Assembly (NCBI GenBank): GCA_945861535.1
Contig: CAMAUZ010000031.1
Location: forward strand, 9,761 to 73,760
DNA: 64,000 nt
Direction: 5' to 3'
Source of the DNA: Akkermansia muciniphila
GTDB lineage: Bacteria; Verrucomicrobiota; Verrucomicrobiia; Limisphaerales; BJHT01
Positions 29,239 through 38,980 of this stretch are shown in pieces. Position numbers and translations under genes: made by a program. The notes beneath the pieces are model-generated. The model was not told the origin of the DNA, did not search any database, and saw only the letters and a list, made by a program, of their open reading frames with translations. Numbering within the stretch: position 1 is the first letter of the stretch; every line of letters starts with the position of its first letter.

Positions 29239-30963
29239 ATGAAACTTTCCCCCGTCAAAATCATCGGGCTGGTCGTGGCGGCCCTCGTCGTGATCGCGAT
29301 TGGCGTCGCGGTCTTGCGGACAGCCCCCGGCGATTCCTCCACCAAGACCGCCGCCACGGGCACGGTGTACACCTGCTCGATGCACCCGCAGGTCCGCCTC
29401 CCGCGTCCCGGCAAATGCCCGATCTGCTCGATGCCCTTGATCCCGACCAAAACCGCCGCCCCCGCGCCGACGGCCGCGGCGGCGAAAGGCCCGGACGTTT
29501 TCACCTGCTCGATGCACCCGCAAATCCGGCTGCCGAATGCGGGCAAATGCCCCTTGTGCTCGATGGCGCTCACGCCCACGCGCGGACACTCCGGCTCCGG
29601 GACCAACGCCACCGCGCGCCTCGAATTATCCGAGGCCGCCCTCGCCATGGCCGCGGTCGAGACCGCGCCGATCACGCGCCGCCAGCTCACGCACGAAATC
29701 CGCGCCGTCGGCAAGGTGCAGTACAACGAGACCGGCCTCGCGATCATCAACACCCGCGTCGATGGCTACGTCGAGCGGCTCTACGTGGACTTCACCGGCG
29801 TCGAAGTCCGCGCGGGCGATCATCTGGTGGACATCTACAGTCCGGACCTCGTGGTCGCGCAGCAGGAGTTGCTCATCGCCCTCGAGAACCGCGCCAACAC
29901 CAACCTCATCGCCAGCGTGCGCAAAAAACTCGAACTCTGGGGCCTGACCACCGCGCAGATCGACGACCTGGTGAAGGAGAAAAAAGTCAGCGACCGCGTC
30001 ACGCTCTACTCGCCGATCAAGGGCACCGTCACCGAGAAGATGATCTTCAAACGGAGCGCCGTGAAAGCCGGCGACATGCTCTACCGCCTCGCCAACCTCG
30101 ACTCCGTCTGGGTCTATCTCGACATCTACGAAAGCGAACTCGCCTGGGTGCAATACGGGCAGACCGTCGAGGTCGTGGCCGAGGCGTATCCGAACGAGGC
30201 CTTCGCCGGCCGCATCTGGTTCATCAATCCCGTGCTCAACGAGGAGACCCGCACGGTCAAAGTCGTCATCAACATCAGCAACCTCGAGCAGAAGCTGAAG
30301 CCCGGCATGTTTGTAAGCTCGGTCGTGCGGGTCCAGGTGCTCGCCGATGGACGCCCCGCGCCGACGGGCGTTGCGGGCAAGTTCTCCTGCCCGATGCACC
30401 CGCTCGTTCTCCAACCGCTCGGCGGCGCGTGCCCGGTTTGCCAGATGGACCTCGTGCGGATTCCCAGCCCGGCCAGCGCCTTCGCGTGCCCGATGCACCC
30501 GGCGGTCGCGCAGCCGACCGCGGGCAAATGCCCGCTGTGCAAGATGGCATTGAAGCAGCCCGACCCCGCCGTGGCCGCGAAGCCCGGCGAGACAAACTTT
30601 CTCGTCCTCGCCGTGCCCGTGTCGGCGGTGCTCGACAGCGGGCTGCGCAAGCTGGCCTTCATCGAGCGCGCGCGCGGCGAATACGAACCGGTCGAGTTGC
30701 GCGTTGGCCCGCGCACCGGCGGCTATTACCCGGTGCTGGGCGGTTTGCAGGAAGGCGACCGCGTGGCCGTGCGCGGCAATTTCCTCCTCGACAGCCAGCT
30801 CCAAATTCAAGGCCTGCCCAGCCTGCTCTACGCCGAGGGACAAACCGGCTCCATGGGCCACCAACACGGCGGTGCCGCTGCGCCAGCCCCCAAAACCGCT
30901 GCGCGAGCCACCGGCCACGAAGGCCATGCCGCCCCGCCGCCCGCGAAGGAGGCCAAGCACTGA
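29239..30963 (+). CDS. RND efflux periplasmic adaptor (CusB-like) with four C-x-M-H-P...C-P-x-C metal-binding modules
   Basis: 574 aa. The modules are YTCSMHPQVRLPRPGKCPICSMPL, FTCSMHPQIRLPNAGKCPLCSMAL, FSCPMHPLVLQPLGGACPVCQMDL and FACPMHPAVAQPTAGKCPLCKMAL. The core has adaptor (HlyD-like) barrel/lipoyl regions. It starts 7 nt after the OMP gene. Confidence 0.9.
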   Translation: MKLSPVKIIGLVVAALVVIAIGVAVLRTAPGDSSTKTAATGTVYTCSMHPQVRLPRPGKCPICSMPLIPTKTAAPAPTAAAAKGPDVFTCSMHPQIRLPNAGKCPLCSMALTPTRGHSGSGTNATARLELSEAALAMAAVETAPITRRQLTHEIRAVGKVQYNETGLAIINTRVDGYVERLYVDFTGVEVRAGDHLVDIYSPDLVVAQQELLIALENRANTNLIASVRKKLELWGLTTAQIDDLVKEKKVSDRVTLYSPIKGTVTEKMIFKRSAVKAGDMLYRLANLDSVWVYLDIYESELAWVQYGQTVEVVAEAYPNEAFAGRIWFINPVLNEETRTVKVVINISNLEQKLKPGMFVSSVVRVQVLADGRPAPTGVAGKFSCPMHPLVLQPLGGACPVCQMDLVRIPSPASAFACPMHPAVAQPTAGKCPLCKMALKQPDPAVAAKPGETNFLVLAVPVSAVLDSGLRKLAFIERARGEYEPVELRVGPRTGGYYPVLGGLQEGDRVAVRGNFLLDSQLQIQGLPSLLYAEGQTGSMGHQHGGAAAPAPKTAARATGHEGHAAPPPAKEAKH

Positions 30964-31483
30964 AATGAAATCGGGAATTTCAGCGATGGATGGAACACCG
31001 ATGAAAAACGGAAGGGACAACGGGAGCGAGTCGCAGCCGGGGCGGGGACAGCGTGTCCCCGCAACCTTAGCCGTCTCTATACAGTGGAAACCGTCAAGAG
31101 GACCACAGAGATACGATGAACACAGAGGAAAACGAGGGCCGGCCTCTGCTCCAAGCAGTCCCCAATCGGTGAACCAATATCCGCCAGTGAATTCTTGGTT
31201 TTCTCCGTACTGCAACTCTTCAGAGTCCTCGCGCGTCGCGAGGATTTTTCCGCTGTGCCGACAGCCACCAGCTCCCCCCCGGAGAATTGCGGCCGCTGCC
31301 TGGCTCCTCGTCCCGGAGGGACACCGCAGGAAATTAGCCGGGGGCAAGCCCGCGCCAGCGGGCGCGGCCCCCGGTTGCCGCATCAAACAAGACATGCCCC
31401 AGCGGGGCATCGGAGAATTTTTTTGGGCCGTCCGTCGCCGTGGGCAGGTCAGGCCGGCGGCGATGGTCCGGCATCCCAGCCCA

Positions 31484-31655
31484 TTTCTTCGATGCCCCGC
31501 TGGGGCACGGAGCCACTCGTCACCGCTTCCGGGGGCGGCGTCCGCTGCGGACTTGCCCCCGGCTAATCTCCTCCGGCGTCCCTCCGGGTCGGCCAACGTG
31601 CGGGCACGCGCTGAAACCGGAAACCGCCGACATGGGAGTGGCGTTCCAAACTTGT
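31484..31655. repeat. Family D repeat, intact copy (paralogous empty site for MITE family C)
   Basis: The sequence tttcttcgatgccccgctggggcacgg...cttgcccccggCTAAtctcctccggcgtccctccggg...ggcgttcc aligns with 44056-44164 plus 44382-44462. An inverted partial copy lies at 31325-31425. Confidence 0.8.
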
Positions 31656-31850
31656 TCGGTTGCGGCTCCGCCGCGCTGTGTTCCTGGTGTCTCGGTGGTC
31701 CATCAGAATCGGCTCGACTGCATCGTTGCGGCTTAGTGGGGACGGGCCGTCCCCACCCCGAGGATGATGGAACTTATTGTGGCGCATCACGGTCCTGTGG
31801 CACTCGCAGGCGGGCCGCCCGCGCTCCTGTCCGACATCCCCTCCTGACCC

Positions 31851-34800
31851 ATGACTAGCGCCCTCATCCGCTGGTGCCTGAGGAACGCGTTCCTCGTGAT
31901 CATTGCGGTCGTGGCGCTCATCGCCGGCGGCTACTACGCGCTCGTCAACACGCCCGTCGATGCCATCCCCGACATCGGCGAGAAGCAGGTGATCGTCTTC
32001 GCCGATTGGCCCGGACGCTCGCCCCAGGATGTCGATGACCAGGTCACCTATCCGCTGACCACGAGCCTCACGGGCACGCCGGGCGTGAAGACCATCCGTT
32101 CCATGTCCGGCTTCGGCTTCGCGATGGTCTTCGTGATCTTCAAGGACAACGTCGATTACTACTGGGCGCGCTCGCGCGTGCTCGAACGTATCAATGTCGC
32201 CCGGCAACGCCTGCCCGTGGGCGTCACGCCCGTGCTCGGTCCTGACGCCACGGCGCTCGGGCAGGTCTATTGGTACACGGTCGAGGGCGAGGGCTTCGAT
32301 CTCGCGGAGCTGCGTTCCATCCAGGACTGGTATGTCCGCTACCAGCTCAACTCCGTCGAGGGCGTCTCCGAAGTCGCCAGCATCGGCGGGCATGTGAAGC
32401 AGTATCAGATCGACGTTCACCCCGACAAAATGCGGGCGCAGCGCGTGACGCTGATGGACATCTACGAGGCCGTCCGCAAATCCAACATCGATGTCGGCGC
32501 CAAGGTGATCGAGAAAAACGGCGTCGAGTTTTTCATCCGCGGCGTCGGCTTCATCAAGTCCGTCGAGGACCTCGAGAAAATCGTCGTCCGCCAGGAGAAG
32601 GGCACGCCCATCCAGATTCGCCACGTCGCCAGCGTGACCATCGGCCCCGACTTCCGCCGCGGCGCGCTCGACAAAGCCGGCGTCGAGGCCGTGGGCGGCG
32701 TGGTGGTGATGCGCTACGGCGAAAACCCGCTCGAAGTCGTCCGCCGTCTCAAGGCGAAAATCCAGCAGCTCGAGCCCGGCCTGCCGCAGAAAACCCTGCG
32801 CGACGGTCGGGTGTCGAAGGTGAAGCTCGTCCCGTTCTATGACCGCACCGACATCGTCAACGAGACCGTCGATACGTTGAAGCAGGCGCTGCTTGAAGAG
32901 GCCATTCTCGCCAGTCTCATCATCATCATTTTCCTGCTCCATCTGCGCAGCACGGTCTCGGTGCTGGTCACCTTTCCCCTCAGCTTCGCGCTCTGTTTTA
33001 TCCTCATGTACGTGTGCGGCGTGGACTCGAACATCATGTCGCTTGCGGGCCTCGCCATCGCGATTGGCGACGTGGGCGACATGGGGATCATCATGACGGA
33101 GAACATCTACCGGCACGTCGCCACCGAGGACAAAACCAAGAGCCATTTCGACAAGATTTACGAGGGCGCGTCCGAGGTCGGCGGCGCGATTGTCACCGCG
33201 GTGTCCAACACGTTGGTGTCGTTCATTCCTGTGTTTTTCCTGACCGACCAAGAGGGCAAGCTCTTCCGCCCGCTGGCATTCACCAAGACCTTCGCCATCG
33301 GCGCGTCGGTGGTGCTGGCGCTCACCGTCGTGCCGTTGACGTGCTACTTCCTGTTCTATCCGCTCAAGTGGACCCGCCGCGGTCTGTGGGGATTGGCGGC
33401 GGTGGTCGGCGGCCTGGGCACGGTCGGCACGCACGTCGTGCTGATGTGGGCGCTCGCGGGCAGCCATTACAGCGGCTGGCCGGTGTCGATTTCCGTCGGG
33501 GTCATCCTCGCGCTCGCCGTTGTGCGCATGGCGCGCGAACGCTTTTTGCCGCTCGAGCAAAACAGGGTTTCGCGCGGCATCGCCTCGGTGTATGCGCCAA
33601 CGCTGCGGTGGGTTCTCGCTCACAAGAAAACCTTCCTCGTCGCGCCGGTGACGATCCTGCTGGCGGGCCTGACGGTCTGGCTCGGGGCCGGGACGATGCT
33701 CGCGCCCCTCGGCGCGGCGATCAATGCGTTCGCCCGCGAGCCGGCCTCACCGGAATTGAAACAGGCGATGTATGCCAAGCCCGACGCCGATCTCACGCGG
33801 CCGCTTGTCGAGTTCGATCAGGTGCGCTGGCAGCACCTGCGCCGCGCCGATGGCTCGCACACGCGGCGTATTCTCTGGCGACGGCAGGATCCGCGCGCGG
33901 CCGCGGCCGAGACGGCGGCGGGCGTCGAGTTGGTGAAGGAACGCCGCATCCTCGCGGGCCTCGGCCGCGAGTTCATGCCGCCGCTGGACGAAGGCTCGTT
34001 CCTTTACATGCCGTCGCTGCTGCCGCAGGCGGGACTCGGCCCTGCGCTCGCCGTGAACAGCCTGCAAGACCGCGCCATCGCGAGCGTTCCCGAGGTCGAG
34101 TCCGTGGTCGGCAAGCTCGGCCGCGCCGAGTCCGCGCTCGATCCCGCGCCCATCGGCATGATGGAAACGATCGTCATCCTCAAGCCTGAGTCCGAGTGGC
34201 GGCTCGTCCCGGTGAAGCGCTGGTTCGCGAACTGGCCTGCCTGGCTCAAGCGCCCGCTAACGTGGCTCTGGCCCGAGGATCGGGTCATCACCAAGAACGA
34301 AATCCTCACCGAGTTGCAGGAAAAGACCGCCATCCCGGGCGTGTTGCCAACGTGGTTGCAACCGATCCAGACGCGCCTGGTCATGTTGCAGACCGGCTTC
34401 CGCGCGATGATGGGCGTGAAGATTTACGGCAGCGATTTGCGCGAGATCGAGCGACTCGGATTGGCCATCGAGCAGCATCTCAAGCATGTGCCCGGCGCGA
34501 CGGACGTCGTCGCCGACCGCATCGTCGGCAAGCCTTACCTTCAGTTCGAGATCGATCGCGACAAGATCGCGCGCTACGGCGTGAAGATTCGCGACGTGCA
34601 GGACGTGATCGAAGTGGCCATCGGCGGCATGAACCTCATGGAGACCGTCGAGGGCCGGGAGCGCTACCCGGTGCGCGTGCGCTACCTGCGCGAGTTCCGC
34701 GAGGACATTCCCGAGCTGGAGAAAATCCTCGTCCCCAGCAGCACCGGCGCGCAAATCCCGCTCGCCCAGGTTGTCAACATCCGCAGCGTCCTCGGCCCGC

Positions 34801-35537
34801 AGGAGATCAAGGGCGAGCGCGGCTTGCTCGTCGGCTACGTCACCATGAACACCCGCGACCGCGACGAAGTGAGCGTGGTCGAGGACGCCGAGGCGGTGCT
34901 GCAAGCGGCCCTGCGCGACGGCCATCTGAAACTGCCGCCGGGCTATTACTGGGAGTGGTCCGGTCAGTTCGAGAACCAGCGCCGCGCCACGGCCCGCATG
35001 AAAATCCTCGTGCCCGTGTGCCTCTTCATCATGTTCGTAATGCTCTACCTCGGCTTCCGGCGCTGGTGGATCGCGCTGATCATTTACTTCGGCGTCATGG
35101 TCTCCGCGTCGGGTGGTTTCCTGATGCTCGCGTGGTGGGGCGCCAATCTCTCGGTCGCGGTCTGGGTCGGTTTCCTCGTGCTCTTCGGCGTGGTGGACGA
35201 CGACGGCGTGGTCATCTCAACCTATCTCGAAAACATCTTCGACCGCGCCACCTTCCACTCGATCGAGGAGATTCGCGCCGCCGTTCTGGAGGCGGGTCTC
35301 AAGCGCATCCGCCCGTGTCTCATGACCATCTCGACCACGATCTTCGGACTGCTCCCGATCTTCTGGTCGCACGGCCGCGGCTCCGACGTGATGCAACCGA
35401 TGGCGATCCCAAGCGTCGGCGGCATGACCGTGAGCCTGATCACGCTCTTCATCGTCCCGTGCCTCTTCTGCGCGGTGGAGGAGTGGAAATGGAAACGGGC
35501 GCAGCGGGCGGCGGACATTCAATCGCCCGCGTCATGA
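31851..35537 (+). CDS. CusA/CzcA-family heavy-metal efflux RND permease
   Basis: 1228 aa. The N-terminus (MTSALIRWCLRNAFLVIIAVVALIAGGYYALVNTPVDAIPDIGEKQVIVFADWPGRSPQDVDDQVTYPL) is canonical for the HME-RND family. Confidence 0.95.
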   Translation: MTSALIRWCLRNAFLVIIAVVALIAGGYYALVNTPVDAIPDIGEKQVIVFADWPGRSPQDVDDQVTYPLTTSLTGTPGVKTIRSMSGFGFAMVFVIFKDNVDYYWARSRVLERINVARQRLPVGVTPVLGPDATALGQVYWYTVEGEGFDLAELRSIQDWYVRYQLNSVEGVSEVASIGGHVKQYQIDVHPDKMRAQRVTLMDIYEAVRKSNIDVGAKVIEKNGVEFFIRGVGFIKSVEDLEKIVVRQEKGTPIQIRHVASVTIGPDFRRGALDKAGVEAVGGVVVMRYGENPLEVVRRLKAKIQQLEPGLPQKTLRDGRVSKVKLVPFYDRTDIVNETVDTLKQALLEEAILASLIIIIFLLHLRSTVSVLVTFPLSFALCFILMYVCGVDSNIMSLAGLAIAIGDVGDMGIIMTENIYRHVATEDKTKSHFDKIYEGASEVGGAIVTAVSNTLVSFIPVFFLTDQEGKLFRPLAFTKTFAIGASVVLALTVVPLTCYFLFYPLKWTRRGLWGLAAVVGGLGTVGTHVVLMWALAGSHYSGWPVSISVGVILALAVVRMARERFLPLEQNRVSRGIASVYAPTLRWVLAHKKTFLVAPVTILLAGLTVWLGAGTMLAPLGAAINAFAREPASPELKQAMYAKPDADLTRPLVEFDQVRWQHLRRADGSHTRRILWRRQDPRAAAAETAAGVELVKERRILAGLGREFMPPLDEGSFLYMPSLLPQAGLGPALAVNSLQDRAIASVPEVESVVGKLGRAESALDPAPIGMMETIVILKPESEWRLVPVKRWFANWPAWLKRPLTWLWPEDRVITKNEILTELQEKTAIPGVLPTWLQPIQTRLVMLQTGFRAMMGVKIYGSDLREIERLGLAIEQHLKHVPGATDVVADRIVGKPYLQFEIDRDKIARYGVKIRDVQDVIEVAIGGMNLMETVEGRERYPVRVRYLREFREDIPELEKILVPSSTGAQIPLAQVVNIRSVLGPQEIKGERGLLVGYVTMNTRDRDEVSVVEDAEAVLQAALRDGHLKLPPGYYWEWSGQFENQRRATARMKILVPVCLFIMFVMLYLGFRRWWIALIIYFGVMVSASGGFLMLAWWGANLSVAVWVGFLVLFGVVDDDGVVISTYLENIFDRATFHSIEEIRAAVLEAGLKRIRPCLMTISTTIFGLLPIFWSHGRGSDVMQPMAIPSVGGMTVSLITLFIVPCLFCAVEEWKWKRAQRAADIQSPAS

Positions 35538-35707
35538 ATTGGATTTCCGAAACCGGACGGGGAGCGCACGCGGCCCGCGTGCCGGTTTGGGCGGCCCGCC
35601 CAAACCGTCGTTCCCCAGTCTGCCTTCTCGGGCGCGGGGGAAAGTTAGTGCGACGAGGTTTTCGGCGGGCCGCCGAAAACGGCACGCCAGCGGCGTGCGC
35701 TCCCCGG
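35533..35707 (+). repeat. Family F 175-bp structured repeat, copy 2 (overlaps the RND permease stop codon)
   Basis: See copy 1. The alignment runs from catgaa... to ...gcgtgcgctccccgg. Confidence 0.9.
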
Positions 35708-35810
35708 GGCGTTGCGCGCGCCAGCAAATCCGCTGGTGCCACCGCCGCCCGGCGCAGTCGCGGCACGTCGGCGGGTGTGATTGAAAGTGGGTGAGGCGGG
35801 CGGAAATTTT

Positions 35811-35900
35811 GGAGTGCGGTGGCAAGTCGGATGCGACACCGCTTTCGGACGCGACAGGCGGTGAGAAAGCGGTGTCGCGTCCGACTTGCCACCGCACTCC
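35811..35900. repeat. Family H hairpin: 36-nt arms with 1 mismatch and an 18-nt loop
   Basis: The arm ggagtgcggtggcaagtcggatgcgacaccgctttc pairs with gaaagcggtgtcgcgtccgacttgccaccgcactcc. Confidence 0.9.
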
Positions 35901-36029
35901 ACATCGCCCTCGTCGGTGTTCGGCCCCCAGCCGTCGCGACCCTCACCCGCATTTAATCACACCCCGCGCCGGCAAGGTACGCACGAAACCAGTGACGGAA
36001 CGGCCCGGCGGGGCAACCTTTCCGACCTT

Positions 36030-37364
36030 ATGAGCGTTATCGCTGCGGAAATCATCGTCATCTTTCTCCTGCTGCTGACCAATGGCTTCTTCGCCATGAC
36101 GGAGATCGCCGTCGTCTCGGTCCGCAAGGCGCGGCTCAAACGGCTCGCTGACGCGGGCGACGAGCGCGCCCGGGCCGCGCTCGAGCTGGCCGAATCGCCC
36201 AACCGCTTTCTTTCCACCGTGCAGATCGGGATCACGTTGATCGGCATCTTTGCGGGCGCGTTCGGCGGCGCGACCATGGCGAATGAGATTCGCGTCGGCT
36301 TGCAGCCGTTCCCCTGGCTGGCGCCCTACGGCGAGTCCATCGGGCTGGGCATCGTCGTGATCACCATCACCTATTTCTCCCTCGTGCTGGGCGAACTCGT
36401 GCCCAAGCGCATCGGCCTGAACAACCCCGAGGGGATCGCCATGGCCGTCGCCCGGCCCATGCTCCAGCTCGCGCGCGTGGCCCGGCCGGTGGTGAGTTTC
36501 CTCGGGGCCTCGACCGACGCCCTGCTGCGCATGTTTGCTTTCAAGCCCGTCAAGGACGCCACGGTCACGGAGGAGGAGGTCAAAATCCTCGTGCAGGAGG
36601 GGCTGCGCACCGGCGTGTTTCAAAAGGCCGAGACCGAGATGGTGGAGAGCGTCCTCATGCTCGACACGTTGGCCGTGCGCGACATCATGACGCCGCGCCC
36701 GAAGATCATCTTCCTCAACCGGAGCGACCCCCACGAGTTGATCTGGCACAAGATCGTCGTCAGCGCCCATTCCTACTTTCCCGTGTACGAAGGCAACCGG
36801 GACAACGTCGTGGGCATCGTTTCGGTCAAGGCCGTGTATGCGAACGTCGCCGCCGGCACGAAGGCTTCGACGGCCGCGCTGATGACCAAGCCGCTGGTCG
36901 TCGCCGCCACGCAGACGGTCATTCAACTGCTGGAATCCTTCAAACAGACCGGGAAACACATCGCGCTGGTCACCGACGAATTCGGCGGGATCGTCGGCCT
37001 GGTCACGCTGCACGATGTGATGGAAGCCATCGTGGGCGATTTTCCGTCGCCGGAGGAACGACTGAAGCCCAAGGCGGTGCGGCGCGACGACGGCTCGTGG
37101 CTCATGGACGCGATGATCGAGATTGAGCAGGTGGAAAAGGTGTTGCCCGGCCTCACCTTCGGCGATGTGGAGAGCAAGGACTACCAGACCCTCGCGGGGT
37201 TCATCGTGAAACATTTCGGTCGCGTGCCGAAGGAGGGCGAGACGTTCGAGTCGCAAGGCTATGTCTTCGAAATTCTCGACATGGACCGGCACCGCGTGGA
37301 CAAAGTGCTGGTGCTGCCGGTCAAGGCGGGCGGAGCCGGGATCAAAGCAGCCTCGGCTTCCTGA
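36030..37364 (+). CDS. CNNM/HlyC-CorC family protein (DUF21 membrane domain + CBS pair + CorC_HlyC)
   Basis: Track ORF 35886..37364. I chose Met49 (nt 36030): MSVIAAEIIVIFLLLLTNGFFAMTEIAVVSVRKARL, the typical DUF21 start. The upstream residues are encoded by repeats. Confidence 0.9.
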   Translation: MSVIAAEIIVIFLLLLTNGFFAMTEIAVVSVRKARLKRLADAGDERARAALELAESPNRFLSTVQIGITLIGIFAGAFGGATMANEIRVGLQPFPWLAPYGESIGLGIVVITITYFSLVLGELVPKRIGLNNPEGIAMAVARPMLQLARVARPVVSFLGASTDALLRMFAFKPVKDATVTEEEVKILVQEGLRTGVFQKAETEMVESVLMLDTLAVRDIMTPRPKIIFLNRSDPHELIWHKIVVSAHSYFPVYEGNRDNVVGIVSVKAVYANVAAGTKASTAALMTKPLVVAATQTVIQLLESFKQTGKHIALVTDEFGGIVGLVTLHDVMEAIVGDFPSPEERLKPKAVRRDDGSWLMDAMIEIEQVEKVLPGLTFGDVESKDYQTLAGFIVKHFGRVPKEGETFESQGYVFEILDMDRHRVDKVLVLPVKAGGAGIKAASAS

Positions 37365-37440
37365 TGGCAAAAGAGAATGACCGTCAGTCATTGCCGGTTG
37401 GCCCTGACGCGCAGCGAACCAGTCCCTATCCTTTCCGCCT

Positions 37441-38439
37441 ATGAACAATGTCGCCTTCTACGATACCAAACCCTACGACCGCGTTTACATGGAACGCGCG
37501 GAGCGGAGCAACGAGCTGCGCTGGCAGTTCCATGAGTTCCGGCTGACTCGCGAGACGGCGGGCACCGCCGGCGGCGCGCAGTCCGTCTGTGTCTTCGTCA
37601 ACGACCGGCTCGACCGGCCGTGTCTGGAAGCCCTGCATGCCGGTGGCGTGCGCCACATCGCCCTGCGGTGCGCCGGCTTCAACAACGTGGACCTGGACGC
37701 CGCGCGCGCCGTGGGGCTGGCCGTCACGCGGGTGCCGGCTTATTCGCCCCACGCCGTCGCCGAGCATGCCGTCGGCCTGTTGCTGACCCTCAATCGCAAA
37801 ATCCACCGGGCCTACAACCGGGTGCGGGAACACAACTTTTCCCTGGCGGGCCTGGTGGGATTCGACCTCTGCGGCAAGACGGTGGGCGTGGTGGGCACGG
37901 GCAAAATCGGACGCATCGCCGCGCAGATTTTTCGCGGCTTCGGGACCACGGTGCTGGCGTACGACCCGTTCCCCGCGCCCGAATGGGCCACGGTCCAGCA
38001 GGTGACCTACGTGGATTTTCCCGATGTGCTGGCCCGCAGCGACATCCTCACTCTGCATCTGCCGCTGACACCCGAGACGCACCAACTCTTGAACGAACGC
38101 ACGCTGGCCATGCTCAAGCCCGGCGCGTTTGTCATCAACACCAGCCGCGGGAAACTCATCGACAGCACCGCGCTCATTCAGCATCTCAAAAGCGGCCATC
38201 TCGGCGGGGTCGCGCTCGATGTGTACGAAGAGGAGGAGGGCATCTTCTTCGAGGACCATTCCAGCACTGTGCTGCAAGACGACGAGCTCACCCTGCTGCT
38301 GTCCTTCCCCAATGTCCTCATCACTTCCCATCAGGCGTTCCTCACCCAGGAGGCGTTGGGCGAAATCGCCCGCGTCACGACGGCGAACCTGCTGGCGCTG
38401 GGGCGGGGCGATTTTCTCCCGGGCAGCCGGCTGGCCTGA
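37441..38439 (+). CDS. ldhA: D-lactate dehydrogenase (D-isomer-specific 2-hydroxyacid dehydrogenase), paralogue 1
   Basis: 332 aa. It is collinear with E. coli LdhA as I recall it: ...ALRCAGFNNVDL...VPAYSPHAVAEH...LNRKIHRAYNRVREHNFSL...GTGKIG...NTSRG...GHQAFLT-type motifs. Confidence 0.9.
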   Translation: MNNVAFYDTKPYDRVYMERAERSNELRWQFHEFRLTRETAGTAGGAQSVCVFVNDRLDRPCLEALHAGGVRHIALRCAGFNNVDLDAARAVGLAVTRVPAYSPHAVAEHAVGLLLTLNRKIHRAYNRVREHNFSLAGLVGFDLCGKTVGVVGTGKIGRIAAQIFRGFGTTVLAYDPFPAPEWATVQQVTYVDFPDVLARSDILTLHLPLTPETHQLLNERTLAMLKPGAFVINTSRGKLIDSTALIQHLKSGHLGGVALDVYEEEEGIFFEDHSSTVLQDDELTLLLSFPNVLITSHQAFLTQEALGEIARVTTANLLALGRGDFLPGSRLA

Positions 38440-38980
38440 GTCGTAACGATGCCATGACGGGAGCGCGGGTGTCCGCGCCCGCCCCCGGCGCGCACTGAGC
38501 CGCAACCCAAGGAGCGCGGCTGTGTCCGCCGAGGACCAGCCGCAGCAGCCCCGAAACGTCGTGGGCGCCCGTAGAAAACAGACGCTTCCCGTGCGGTCAA
38601 CCTGCTGCGGCTGGTGCTCCGCGCACACAGCCGCGCTCCGGGAAAAATCCACGCGGCCCGCGAGGATTTGGCAGGGTTGTAGTACAGGGCGGCGGAGCCG
38701 CAACCCCAGCGGAGCGCGGCGTTCACGCCGCTTCACCGTTTGAACCTCGTCGCGGGTCCGACCCTGTCCGCACCGCTCACGCTGAAGCGGCGTAAATGCC
38801 GCGCTCCGGGAAAAATCCTCGCGTGGCGCGAGGCTTTCGGCGCGCGGGCGGTCCCCGCCTGCGCGGCACCGCACCGGCGACAACGGCAGATATTCCTCAC
38901 ACCCCGGCTCCGAAGTTGCCGCTGCGACCGGGGACCGTTCGCGCTCGGCTTGGGTTGCGGCTGCGCCTTCAGGGCAATCA

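Noticed and set aside
30704-31858. 384-aa ORF bridging the adaptor and permease genes as a possible fourth operon member.
   Set aside because: It begins inside the adaptor gene in another frame and runs across repeat families D and L. It has a Pro/Arg/Ala-rich composition and no recognisable domain.
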